Shown: in pieces, positions 16,894 through 24,428 of the stretch
How the letters are laid out: every line of letters begins with the position of its first letter
How positions within the stretch are numbered: position 1 is the stretch's first letter
Assembly: GCA_045132775.1 (NCBI GenBank)
Contig: JBGUSX010000156.1
Coordinates: forward strand, 3,062-67,061
Reading direction: 5' to 3'
DNA: 64,000 nt
Source: Eubacteriales bacterium
GTDB taxonomy: Bacteria; Bacillota; Clostridia; Oscillospirales; CAG-272
Notes under the pieces: generated by a model
Told to the model about the DNA's origin: nothing
Databases searched by the model: none
What the model saw: only the letters and a program-made list of their open reading frames with translations
Position numbers and translations under genes: made by a program

Positions 16894-18186
16894 ATGGAAC
16901 AGATCATCATCAACGGCGGCTCTCCCCTTTACGGTAACGTTTCTATCGGCGGTATGAAAAATGCTGCCCTCCCTGTTATTTGCGCTTGCGCACTTAACGA
17001 GGAGACATGCATCATCGATAACATTCCTCCCGTAAGCGACATTGAGACTCTTCTCAATATCCTTGCATCTATGGGCGCACACATCAACAGACTTTCCAAA
17101 TTCTCGGTTGAGATCAACTGCAGGAATCTTATTCCCTGCTCCTCCCCCATGGAGCTCGCAAATCAGCTCCGCGGATCCTCTTATCTTCTCGGTGCAGAAT
17201 TCGGTCGCTTTGGTAAAGCGAGCGTTTCTCATCCCGGCGGATGCAGCATCGGTGCGCGTCCTCTTGACCTCCACATGAAGGCTTTTGAGGCTCTTGGTGC
17301 TGATTGCTACCACAAGAACGGCAGACTTGAGGTTGAAGCAGAAACAGGCAGACCCGTCGGAAGCAACATCTACTTTGACAAGGTTTCTGTCGGTGCTACC
17401 GCTAATGCTATTCTTGCCTCTGTTCTTGCTGACGGTGTTACGACAATTGATAACGCGGCTCGCGAGCCTCATATCGTTGACCTTGCGGTATTCCTTAACG
17501 CATGCGGTGCAAATATCACCGGTGCAGGTACTTCTGTAATCAAAATCAAGGGTGTAGAAAAGCTCCACGGTTGCCGTTACTCTATCATTCCCGATATGAT
17601 CGAAGCAGGTACATACATGGCTGCTGTTGCCGCAACAGGCGGAAGAGTTACCGTTACCAACGTTATCCCCAAGCACCTTGAAGTTATCTCTATGAAGCTT
17701 GAGGAGGCAGGCGCTACCGTTACCGTTGGCGACGATTATGTAACTGTTGAAAGCACAGGCAAGCTCAATGGTATCAACATCGTTACTCAGCCCTACCCCG
17801 GATTCGCAACGGATATGCAGGCTCAGTTTGGTGCTATGCTCTGCTTTGCAGAAGGAACATCCACTATTACTGAAAACATTTTCAACAGCAGATTCCAGTA
17901 CACCGACGAGCTCTCCAAGATGGGCGCTGACATCAAGGTTGACGGAAATCACGCAGTCATTCGCGGCGGCGCAAGGCTCTCCGGTGCTCCCCTCATGTCT
18001 CACGACCTTCGCGCAGGCGCAGCTATGGTTATCGCTGCTCTTGCAACCAATGATTGCTCTGTTGTGAGCGGTATTGACAAGATAGAACGCGGATATCATA
18101 ATATTGTAGGAAAGCTTCAGGCACTTGGCGCTGATATTCAAAAAAAATCTGTTGTCAAGGACGAGCAGATCTCTTCTATGATGTAA
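16894..18186 (+). CDS. murA: UDP-N-acetylglucosamine 1-carboxyvinyltransferase
   Basis: 430 aa. 'INGGSPLYGNVSIGGMKNAALPVI', 'GGCSIGARPLDLH', 'YPGFATDMQAQF', 'HDLRAGAAMVIAAL'. Confidence 0.93.
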   Translation: MEQIIINGGSPLYGNVSIGGMKNAALPVICACALNEETCIIDNIPPVSDIETLLNILASMGAHINRLSKFSVEINCRNLIPCSSPMELANQLRGSSYLLGAEFGRFGKASVSHPGGCSIGARPLDLHMKAFEALGADCYHKNGRLEVEAETGRPVGSNIYFDKVSVGATANAILASVLADGVTTIDNAAREPHIVDLAVFLNACGANITGAGTSVIKIKGVEKLHGCRYSIIPDMIEAGTYMAAVAATGGRVTVTNVIPKHLEVISMKLEEAGATVTVGDDYVTVESTGKLNGINIVTQPYPGFATDMQAQFGAMLCFAEGTSTITENIFNSRFQYTDELSKMGADIKVDGNHAVIRGGARLSGAPLMSHDLRAGAAMVIAALATNDCSVVSGIDKIERGYHNIVGKLQALGADIQKKSVVKDEQISSMM

Positions 18187-18277
18187 TTCAATGATCTTAG
18201 CAAAATAATCATAAATAAAACCATCCTCTCATATATTTTAGCGAAAACACATCGTCTAAAAATATGGGAGGATTTTT

Positions 18278-19756
18278 ATGGCAGAGCATTCTATTTATCA
18301 GGACATAGCACAAAGAACGGGCGGAGATATTTATATCGGTGTTGTCGGTCCCGTCAGAACAGGTAAATCAACTTTTATCAAGCGATTCATGGAGGCATTG
18401 GTGCTCCCTAACATTGCAGAGGGATATTCCAGAGAGCGCGCCAGAGACGAAATGCCTCAGAGCGCTGCGGGAAAAACAGTTATGACGACAGAGCCCAAAT
18501 TTATTCCCGACGAAGCGGTATCTATCAATATTGATTCCTGCTCTACGTTCAGAGTTAAGATGGTCGATTGCGTAGGTTACATCGTGCCCGAAGCACTTGG
18601 TACTATTGAGGACGGACAGCCCCGAATGGTTCGCACACCGTGGCGCGAGGATCCTATGCCCTTCGTAGAGGCGGCGGAGATGGGCACGCACAAGGTAATA
18701 AGCGAGCATTCGACGATCGGTATGCTCGTCACAACTGACGGCACTATCGGAGACATATCTAGACCGAGCTACGTGGAGGCTGAGGAGCGAATAGTCAACG
18801 AGCTCAAAGCACTCGGGAAGCCCTTTGCAGTAATACTGAATTCGGCTCGTCCTCAAAGCGACGATGCTATCGCGCTAGCCTACGAGCTTGAGGCAAAATA
18901 CGGCGTTCCCGTTGCTCTCGTTTCCTGTATTGATCTTGATGCGGAGGATATCAGACATATTCTCGAGCTCGTTCTTCACGAGTTCCCTGTTTGCGAGGTC
19001 AGAATTTCCCTGCCCGAATGGACTACCGCACTTGACGATTCGCACAAGATAAAGGCTTCTCTTTTGGACGACATTAAGGGTTGCGCGGAAAACATTTCAA
19101 AGGCGGGAGATATTAAGGATGCATTTTCTCCTCTTTCTGCAAACGAGTTTATCAAGTCGGCAACGGTAAACGAGATAGATCTCGGCACGGGATGTGCGAG
19201 TATTTCGGTAACAATGAAGGACGGACTTTACTACGACGTTATCAGCGAGCTTACGGGATTTGACGTAAGCGGTGAGGAAGAGCTCATTTCCCTTCTTAAA
19301 TCTCTCGCAGAGATGAAGGAGAGGTATGACAGAGTTGAATCTGCCCTCGATGAAGCCGAGGAAAACGGCTACGGAATAGTTATGCCCGATATAAGAGAGT
19401 TGCACCTTGCTGACCCCGAGATCGTAAAGCAGGCGGGTGGATACGGTGTAAGACTTCGCGCATCTGCGCAATCTATTCACATGATCAGAGCAAATATTGA
19501 AACCGAGATAAACCCGATCGTCGGAACCGAGCAGCAATCTGAAGATCTTGTGAAATATATGCTCAAGGAGTTCGAGGAGGATCCCGGGCGCATCTGGAGC
19601 TCCAATATGTTTGGCAAGAGCCTTTATGAGCTCGTTAACGAGGGACTTCATTCCAAGCTTGAGCACATGCCCGAGGCATCGAGAACCAAGCTTTCCGAAA
19701 CTCTTGAACGCATCATCAATGAGGGCAGCGGCGGTCTTATTTGCATTATTCTTTAA
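18278..19756 (+). CDS. spoIVA: Stage IV sporulation protein A (spore coat morphogenetic ATPase)
   Basis: 492 aa. 'IYQDIAQRTGGDIYIGVVGPVRTGKSTFIKRFME' and C-terminal 'INEGSGGLICIIL'. Confidence 0.93.
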   Translation: MAEHSIYQDIAQRTGGDIYIGVVGPVRTGKSTFIKRFMEALVLPNIAEGYSRERARDEMPQSAAGKTVMTTEPKFIPDEAVSINIDSCSTFRVKMVDCVGYIVPEALGTIEDGQPRMVRTPWREDPMPFVEAAEMGTHKVISEHSTIGMLVTTDGTIGDISRPSYVEAEERIVNELKALGKPFAVILNSARPQSDDAIALAYELEAKYGVPVALVSCIDLDAEDIRHILELVLHEFPVCEVRISLPEWTTALDDSHKIKASLLDDIKGCAENISKAGDIKDAFSPLSANEFIKSATVNEIDLGTGCASISVTMKDGLYYDVISELTGFDVSGEEELISLLKSLAEMKERYDRVESALDEAEENGYGIVMPDIRELHLADPEIVKQAGGYGVRLRASAQSIHMIRANIETEINPIVGTEQQSEDLVKYMLKEFEEDPGRIWSSNMFGKSLYELVNEGLHSKLEHMPEASRTKLSETLERIINEGSGGLICIIL

Positions 19757-19776
19757 GTATTATATTATAAATGTAG

Positions 19777-19810
19777 AAATCCAACACGAAAAGTGTTGGA
19801 TTTTCTTTTT
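19777..19810 (+). terminator. Intrinsic terminator after spoIVA
   Basis: Stem aaatccaacac / gtgttggattt with loop gaaaa, followed by a T-rich run. Confidence 0.75.
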
Positions 19811-19826
19811 TACAACCAATATTTTA

Positions 19827-19855
19827 TTGAAAAATGTATGTCGATGTGATATAAT
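19827..19855 (+). promoter_or_regulatory. Sigma-A-type promoter of the Sel1/NUDIX gene(s)
   Basis: TTGAAA (19827-19832), 17-nt spacer, TGaTATAAT (-10 at 19850-19855). Confidence 0.6.
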
Positions 19856-19893
19856 ATTTATTGATATATTTACTTTTGCAATGGAGAAAGATA

Positions 19894-20196
19894 ATGCCGG
19901 AACAATATTACAAACCTTGCAGAGAGCTTGATACTGCCAACGAGCTGATTGAAAAATACTTTAATACACAGCAATATGAGAAGTGCTTTGAGGGGCATTT
20001 GGCTCTTGCTGAGCAGGGCTATCCTCTTGCCGAGTGTCAGATCGGCTACTTCTATTATGATGGTCTCGGCATAGAGAAAGACCTTCAAAAAGCGGTATAT
20101 TGGACACGCAGAGCCGCCGATCACGGCGACCGTGACGGACAATGCAACCTTGCTTGGTTCTATGAGGATGCCATTGGCGTAGAGCGTGATATGTAG
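19894..20196 (+). CDS. Sel1-like (TPR-family) repeat protein, ending at an in-frame TAG inside a repeat
   Basis: 'AEQGYPLAECQIGYFYYDGLGIEKDLQKAVYWTRRAADHGDRDGQCNLAWFYEDAIGVERDM*'. The Sel1 pattern continues past the TAG ('QANFWYRKAALQDHDLA'). GGAGA RBS before the ATG at 19894. Confidence 0.7.
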   Translation: MPEQYYKPCRELDTANELIEKYFNTQQYEKCFEGHLALAEQGYPLAECQIGYFYYDGLGIEKDLQKAVYWTRRAADHGDRDGQCNLAWFYEDAIGVERDM

Positions 20197-20370
20197 CAAG
20201 CAAACTTTTGGTATCGCAAGGCAGCTCTGCAAGATCACGACCTTGCCATCGAAAAATGCAAGGAGCTTGGCGTAGATCTGAACGCTCCAACGATTGACCG
20301 TGAGGCAATCCGTAAAGAACTTCAATGCAGAATCTATCCCCTTGGCTACCTTGAAAGATACAAGTACACC

Positions 20371-20775
20371 GTGATCTGTACTTCCTATCAAGGAAAGTGG
20401 ATACTTTCAAGGCACAAGAAACGCAACACTTGGGAAACACAGGGCGGTCATATTGAGGACGGTGAAACTCCGATTGAATGTGCAAGGCGTGAGCTTTTTG
20501 AGGAAAGCGGTATCAAAGATGCCGACATCTATCCCGTCTGCGACTATTGGGGATTCAACAAGCAATCCTGCTCAAACGGAATGGTTTTCTTGGCGGTTGT
20601 TCACTCCCTTGGAGAGCTTCCCGAAAGCGAAATGAAAGAAACAAGAATATTTGATACTCTCCCTGCTGAGCTTACATATCCGCAGACTTCACCAAAGCTG
20701 TATGCGGAAGCGGAGAAGGTAATAAAAGAAATAATGGAGAAATATCATGACAATAAACTGCGTATGGGAACATAA
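20371..20775 (+). CDS. NUDIX hydrolase (5' boundary uncertain; same frame as the upstream Sel1 ORF)
   Basis: Nudix box 'GGHIEDGETPIECARRELFEESG'. The only in-frame start is GTG at 20371, it has no RBS, and it would begin only four residues after the conserved 'YKYTV' strand start. Confidence 0.7.
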   Translation: MICTSYQGKWILSRHKKRNTWETQGGHIEDGETPIECARRELFEESGIKDADIYPVCDYWGFNKQSCSNGMVFLAVVHSLGELPESEMKETRIFDTLPAELTYPQTSPKLYAEAEKVIKEIMEKYHDNKLRMGT

Positions 20776-21457
20776 CGGCAATGATACTTTGCTTTATGCG
20801 GTAGATTATATCGGCGCATATACTCGTGGAGAAAGTCTTGAAATAGCAAAGGCAAAGATGCCCAAGGAGATTGTTTCTTATCTCAAATGGGTGGGCGAGG
20901 ATACCTCAGATAACATAGAAGTTATGATTACCCAAGAAAAAGACTCCGATCTTGCAATCAAGGATGCTGATTCCGACGTGCTTTTTGAAATTGAAAAAGC
21001 ACCGCTGACGACCAAAGAATATGAGCAGCTGAAGGCGCTTGCATTAAAGTCGGCAAAGGATTTTCTTGCATTGTATGAGTCTATCCCCAATAAGAGTGCC
21101 ACAGCCATAGCTGAACGAAAAACATTTTACGGGCAAGTTCCTCGCACTGCTGATGAAATGTACGAGCATACAAAAAATGTAAACGAGTATTATTTTGCTG
21201 AAATTGATGTTGACGCCGACAACGACGGCAATATATACGAATGCCGCAAACGTGGATTTGAAGCACTTGAAACAAAGCTCGGTTTTCTTCAAAATACCGT
21301 GATTGAAGGTAGCTACGGAGAGGATTGGTCGCTTCGCAAACTCCTCCGTCGTTTTATTTGGCACGACCGTATCCACGCAAGAGCAATGTATCGAATGGCA
21401 GTAAAGGTATTCGGTAGCGAAAATGTTACAAACCCTTTTTGTTTTTATGCGAGGTAA
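20747..21457 (+). CDS. Hypothetical protein, DinB-superfamily-like C-terminal helical bundle
   Basis: 236 aa. C-terminal 'WSLRKLLRRFIWHDRIHARAMYRM' resembles DinB-type His-containing helices. The family assignment is weak. Confidence 0.45.
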   Translation: MTINCVWEHNGNDTLLYAVDYIGAYTRGESLEIAKAKMPKEIVSYLKWVGEDTSDNIEVMITQEKDSDLAIKDADSDVLFEIEKAPLTTKEYEQLKALALKSAKDFLALYESIPNKSATAIAERKTFYGQVPRTADEMYEHTKNVNEYYFAEIDVDADNDGNIYECRKRGFEALETKLGFLQNTVIEGSYGEDWSLRKLLRRFIWHDRIHARAMYRMAVKVFGSENVTNPFCFYAR

Positions 21458-21461
21458 GAAA

Positions 21462-21941
21462 ATGAATAAGGATATGTGTGTTCCCTGCGATGACGGTATT
21501 TTGAATATCCGTGTAGGCGCAATTATTATGAAAGACGGAAAGATTCTGATGGTGGGTAATGAAAGAGACAACTATCTCTATTCTGTCGGTGGCAGAATAA
21601 AGTTTGGCGAAACCGCAGAAGAAGCCATTGTGCGTGAAGTATTTGAAGAAACAGGCGTAAAGATGGAAATAGAACGCCTTGGATTTGTTCACGAAAACTA
21701 TTTTTACGGTGATGCTCCTTCCAATCTTGGTAAGCTCATTTACGAGGTGTCTTTCTACTTCTATATGAAAACACCTTTAGATTTCGTCCCTACGTGTGAG
21801 AGTTTTACCGAGGGTAACAGCCGCGAATTTCTTAAATGGGTCTCTTTAGACGGTGATATCAAGATGTATCCCGAGTTTTTTAGAACAGAATTGCAAAATC
21901 CTACAGATACAGTAAAGCATTTTGTTAATGATGAAAGATAG
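21462..21941 (+). CDS. NUDIX hydrolase
   Basis: Nudix box 'GGRIKFGETAEEAIVREVFEETG'. Start at 21462 with a GAGGT RBS. Ends in TAG. Confidence 0.85.
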   Translation: MNKDMCVPCDDGILNIRVGAIIMKDGKILMVGNERDNYLYSVGGRIKFGETAEEAIVREVFEETGVKMEIERLGFVHENYFYGDAPSNLGKLIYEVSFYFYMKTPLDFVPTCESFTEGNSREFLKWVSLDGDIKMYPEFFRTELQNPTDTVKHFVNDER

Positions 21942-21968
21942 TGCCAAAACTATCGAAAGGAAAAGTTT

Positions 21969-22496
21969 ATGGAAGAATTTATTTTGATACGACCGACGAG
22001 CGAGTACGCTTGTCAGATCGCCCAATATAGACAAGAGTTCCTTGATGCAGGTGACTCTATGGACGGCACGGGACCTCTCAGAAGACTTGAGAATCCCGAA
22101 GAATACATAAAGACGTGCGCAGAGTACGAAGATAAGAAAACGGTTCCCTCACACCTGGTTCCTGCAACGCAATTTATGCTTGTAAGAAAAACGGATAACA
22201 AAGTGTTGGGCTTCTTGCAGGTAAGGCACGAGTTTAACGATTACCTCTCCAAATTTGGCGGTCATATCGGTTATTCTGTAAGACCAAGCGAAAGACGCAA
22301 GGGCTATGCCAAGGAAATGCTCAAAATGGCTCTCCCCTTCTGCCGAGAGATTGGGATTGATAAAGTGCTGGTCACTTGCATTGATGGTAATATCGGAAGC
22401 GAAAAGACTATTCTTGCCAACGGTGGCGTTTATGAGTCCACCGTGCATGAACCATACGATAATAAAGACCTAAAAAGGTTTTGGATAACGCTCTGA
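21969..22496 (+). CDS. GNAT-family N-acetyltransferase
   Basis: 175 aa. 'IGYSVRPSERRKGYAKEMLKMAL' matches the acetyl-CoA-binding motif A (R/Q-x-x-G-x-A). Confidence 0.8.
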   Translation: MEEFILIRPTSEYACQIAQYRQEFLDAGDSMDGTGPLRRLENPEEYIKTCAEYEDKKTVPSHLVPATQFMLVRKTDNKVLGFLQVRHEFNDYLSKFGGHIGYSVRPSERRKGYAKEMLKMALPFCREIGIDKVLVTCIDGNIGSEKTILANGGVYESTVHEPYDNKDLKRFWITL

Positions 22497-22867
22497 TGGA
22501 GGAACAGACGATGCTTGAAACCTATAATGAGAGCTTTTGGAAAGCAGTGGACACGCTCGTTTCATCGTGTAAAATCGTGATCGACAGACCGAAAGGCAGC
22601 GGTCACCCGAGATTTCCGGATGTAAAATATGAGTTGGATTACGGATATTTGGAAAATACCTCTTCTATGGATGGTGGCGGTATTGACGTTTGGTGCGGAT
22701 CATTGCCGAACAAAAAAGCAAATGCCATAATTTGTACTGTCGATTTAATGAAAAACGACTCGGAAATTAAGCTTCTTATCGGTTGCACAGAGGATGAAAT
22801 GAATACCGTGTATGAGTTTCATAACGATAGCGAGTTTATGAAAGGGATATTGATACGTAGAGGATAA
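22496..22867 (+). CDS. Small inorganic-pyrophosphatase-like domain protein
   Basis: 'IDRPKGSGHPRFPDVKYELDYGYLENTSSMDGGGIDVW' resembles the short PPase-like family (DRPxGSxHP...NYGY...DG..D). ATG at 22496 overlaps the GNAT stop (TGATG). ATG at 22511 has the better RBS. Confidence 0.5.
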   Translation: MEEQTMLETYNESFWKAVDTLVSSCKIVIDRPKGSGHPRFPDVKYELDYGYLENTSSMDGGGIDVWCGSLPNKKANAIICTVDLMKNDSEIKLLIGCTEDEMNTVYEFHNDSEFMKGILIRRG

Positions 22868-22871
22868 AACA

Positions 22872-22940
22872 ATGTCAGACATACTTTTCAAAACAGACGA
22901 TTATGTTTTTTCGTACCGTGTCGGTGATCGTATTAACTAA
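22872..22940 (+). pseudogene. Possible 5' remnant of a third NUDIX gene (22-codon ORF)
   Basis: 'MSDILFKTDDYVFSYRV' followed by 'GDRIN*'. From memory, the first 17 aa resemble the N-terminus of a clostridial NUDIX family. No Nudix box follows. Confidence 0.25.
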
Positions 22941-23045
22941 TTCTCGCATTTCGGGAGTAATTCCTTCATCCTGGGGTGGTATTCCTACTGACGAAATGAT
23001 AGAATGTAAGCACAAGAACAACCCGAAATGCGAGGAGGCATTACT

Positions 23046-24389
23046 ATGGAAAAGAAAACGATAGGCAAATTCATATCGGCATTGCGTCGGGCAAACGGTA
23101 TGACACAAAAGGAGCTTGGCGAGAAGCTCTTTGTTTCTGATAAAACGGTGAGCCGATGGGAGTGCGACGAATGTACGCCGGAGCTTTCCTTGATACCCTC
23201 GATAGCGGAAATCTTCGGCATTACCACCGACGAGCTTCTGCGCGGAGAGCGTAACAACCCCGAGCGAGAAACAACCGCTGCGGAAGATGTGACGAGTAAA
23301 CAGAAAGTAAAAAGCGACAAGCAGTTCAAGCTGATGCTTGACCGAAATAACCGAAAATATAAAAACTTAACACTGATCTCTGTTGGCATTACCATTCTTG
23401 GCTTTATAGCTGCGATGATAGCCAATCTTGGCTTCTCCAAAGGCTTGATAGCGTTCTGCCTTGCAACAGCTTTTTGTGTAGCGAGTGAGATATGTCAGAT
23501 ATGCTTCGCAATCAACGCGCGTATTGCTCCCGACGAGGACGACGATACCTATACTGAAAGAATACAAACAGCTAATACGGGTGTAATTAAAACCGCAACG
23601 ACTATTACTTTTATTAACATTCTTATGTGTGTGTTCTGCTTGCCGCTTGTAACGATAATAAACGGTGCAAACTACGGCTTGGTATTTGAGGATTGGCTTA
23701 GTTTGGGTTTAATTTTCTCTGCCGTTGCTTTTGTGATCGGGTATATCATTTATGCTCTCCTTGTTCGCAAATCGCTTGTTGCAAATGGTACGATCACTCT
23801 CGATGAGAAAAAAACAGAGATAATAAAGAAAAATAACAAGTTGCTCGTTAAAACCGTTTCGATTTCCACCGCAATTGCTCTTTTTGGGGGAGTGGGTATT
23901 GTGGTATGGAATACTGTAGGTTGGGATGTTTCTACGAAAGAACACACCTTTGACAACTGCACTGATTTCAAGTCGTTTATGGAAGCTGAATGGGATAAGT
24001 GGTATGAAGAAGGATACAGCTATATTGATGAAAACGGAGACGTGGTCATTCACGTACCTATTTCGCCTGACGATATGATACAATATCCGCCCGATTACGA
24101 AAATGTCTATGACTACTATCCAAAGAAGATCTATAGAGAGATCAGAAACTCAAAGGGCGAGGTAATTTGTGACTACTATTACAATCCTGATTTATACGAA
24201 GATATAATTTTTACTGAGTATGCAGATGACAAAATGCCTGTTACAGTAATCACAAATCAAGCTCATTATGATGCAAGAGATACATTCCAAACGGTAGAGT
24301 CGATACTATACACGCTCATCGTGATCGACTTTATTGTTGCGGCAGGTATTTATCTTATTAAAACAAAAAAAGATAAGAAAAAGGCATAA
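23046..24389 (+). CDS. XRE-family helix-turn-helix protein with multiple transmembrane segments
   Basis: 'IGKFISALRRANGMTQKELGEKLFVSDKTVSRWE' HTH, followed by at least 5 hydrophobic helices and a C-terminal TM helix. AGGAGG RBS 7 nt before the ATG at 23046. Confidence 0.8.
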   Translation: MEKKTIGKFISALRRANGMTQKELGEKLFVSDKTVSRWECDECTPELSLIPSIAEIFGITTDELLRGERNNPERETTAAEDVTSKQKVKSDKQFKLMLDRNNRKYKNLTLISVGITILGFIAAMIANLGFSKGLIAFCLATAFCVASEICQICFAINARIAPDEDDDTYTERIQTANTGVIKTATTITFINILMCVFCLPLVTIINGANYGLVFEDWLSLGLIFSAVAFVIGYIIYALLVRKSLVANGTITLDEKKTEIIKKNNKLLVKTVSISTAIALFGGVGIVVWNTVGWDVSTKEHTFDNCTDFKSFMEAEWDKWYEEGYSYIDENGDVVIHVPISPDDMIQYPPDYENVYDYYPKKIYREIRNSKGEVICDYYYNPDLYEDIIFTEYADDKMPVTVITNQAHYDARDTFQTVESILYTLIVIDFIVAAGIYLIKTKKDKKKA

Positions 24390-24393
24390 AGTT

Positions 24394-24421
24394 AGCCCTC
24401 GCTACAAGTGTAGCGAGGGCT
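24394..24421. terminator. Hairpin between convergent genes (bidirectional terminator-like)
   Basis: 11-bp stem agccctcgcta / tagcgagggct with 6-nt loop. Confidence 0.55.
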
Positions 24422-24428
24422 ATTATCT

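Noticed and set aside
16855-18141. 428-aa minus-strand ORF
   Set aside because: It is antisense to murA, with Ala/Cys/Ser-rich composition typical of the shadow frame of a highly expressed gene, and it has no start context. Likewise rejected: 8237-9193 (-) opposite the MutS-like gene, 11416-12093 (-) opposite rluA, 37317-38030 (+) opposite rny, 55291-56280 (+) opposite sanA/mrp, 57404-57946 (-) opposite tmcAL, and 19870-20485 (-) opposite Sel1/NUDIX.
18187-18277. Possible sigma-E (mother-cell) promoter upstream of spoIVA
   Set aside because: The only candidates (ATATT at 18233-18237 and 'catcgtct' from 18250) match the -10 consensus CATACA-T poorly and have a 12-nt spacer. That is too weak to report as a feature without TSS data.
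20194-20196. The in-frame TAG as evidence for genome-wide amber recoding or pyrrolysine
   Set aside because: TAG works as an ordinary stop elsewhere in the window. The NUDIX gene ends at TAG 21939-21941, followed by an intergenic gap and the separately initiated GNAT gene. No pyl genes or suppressor tRNA are present in the window. The local explanations (nonsense mutation, sequencing error, read-through) are kept as a finding instead.
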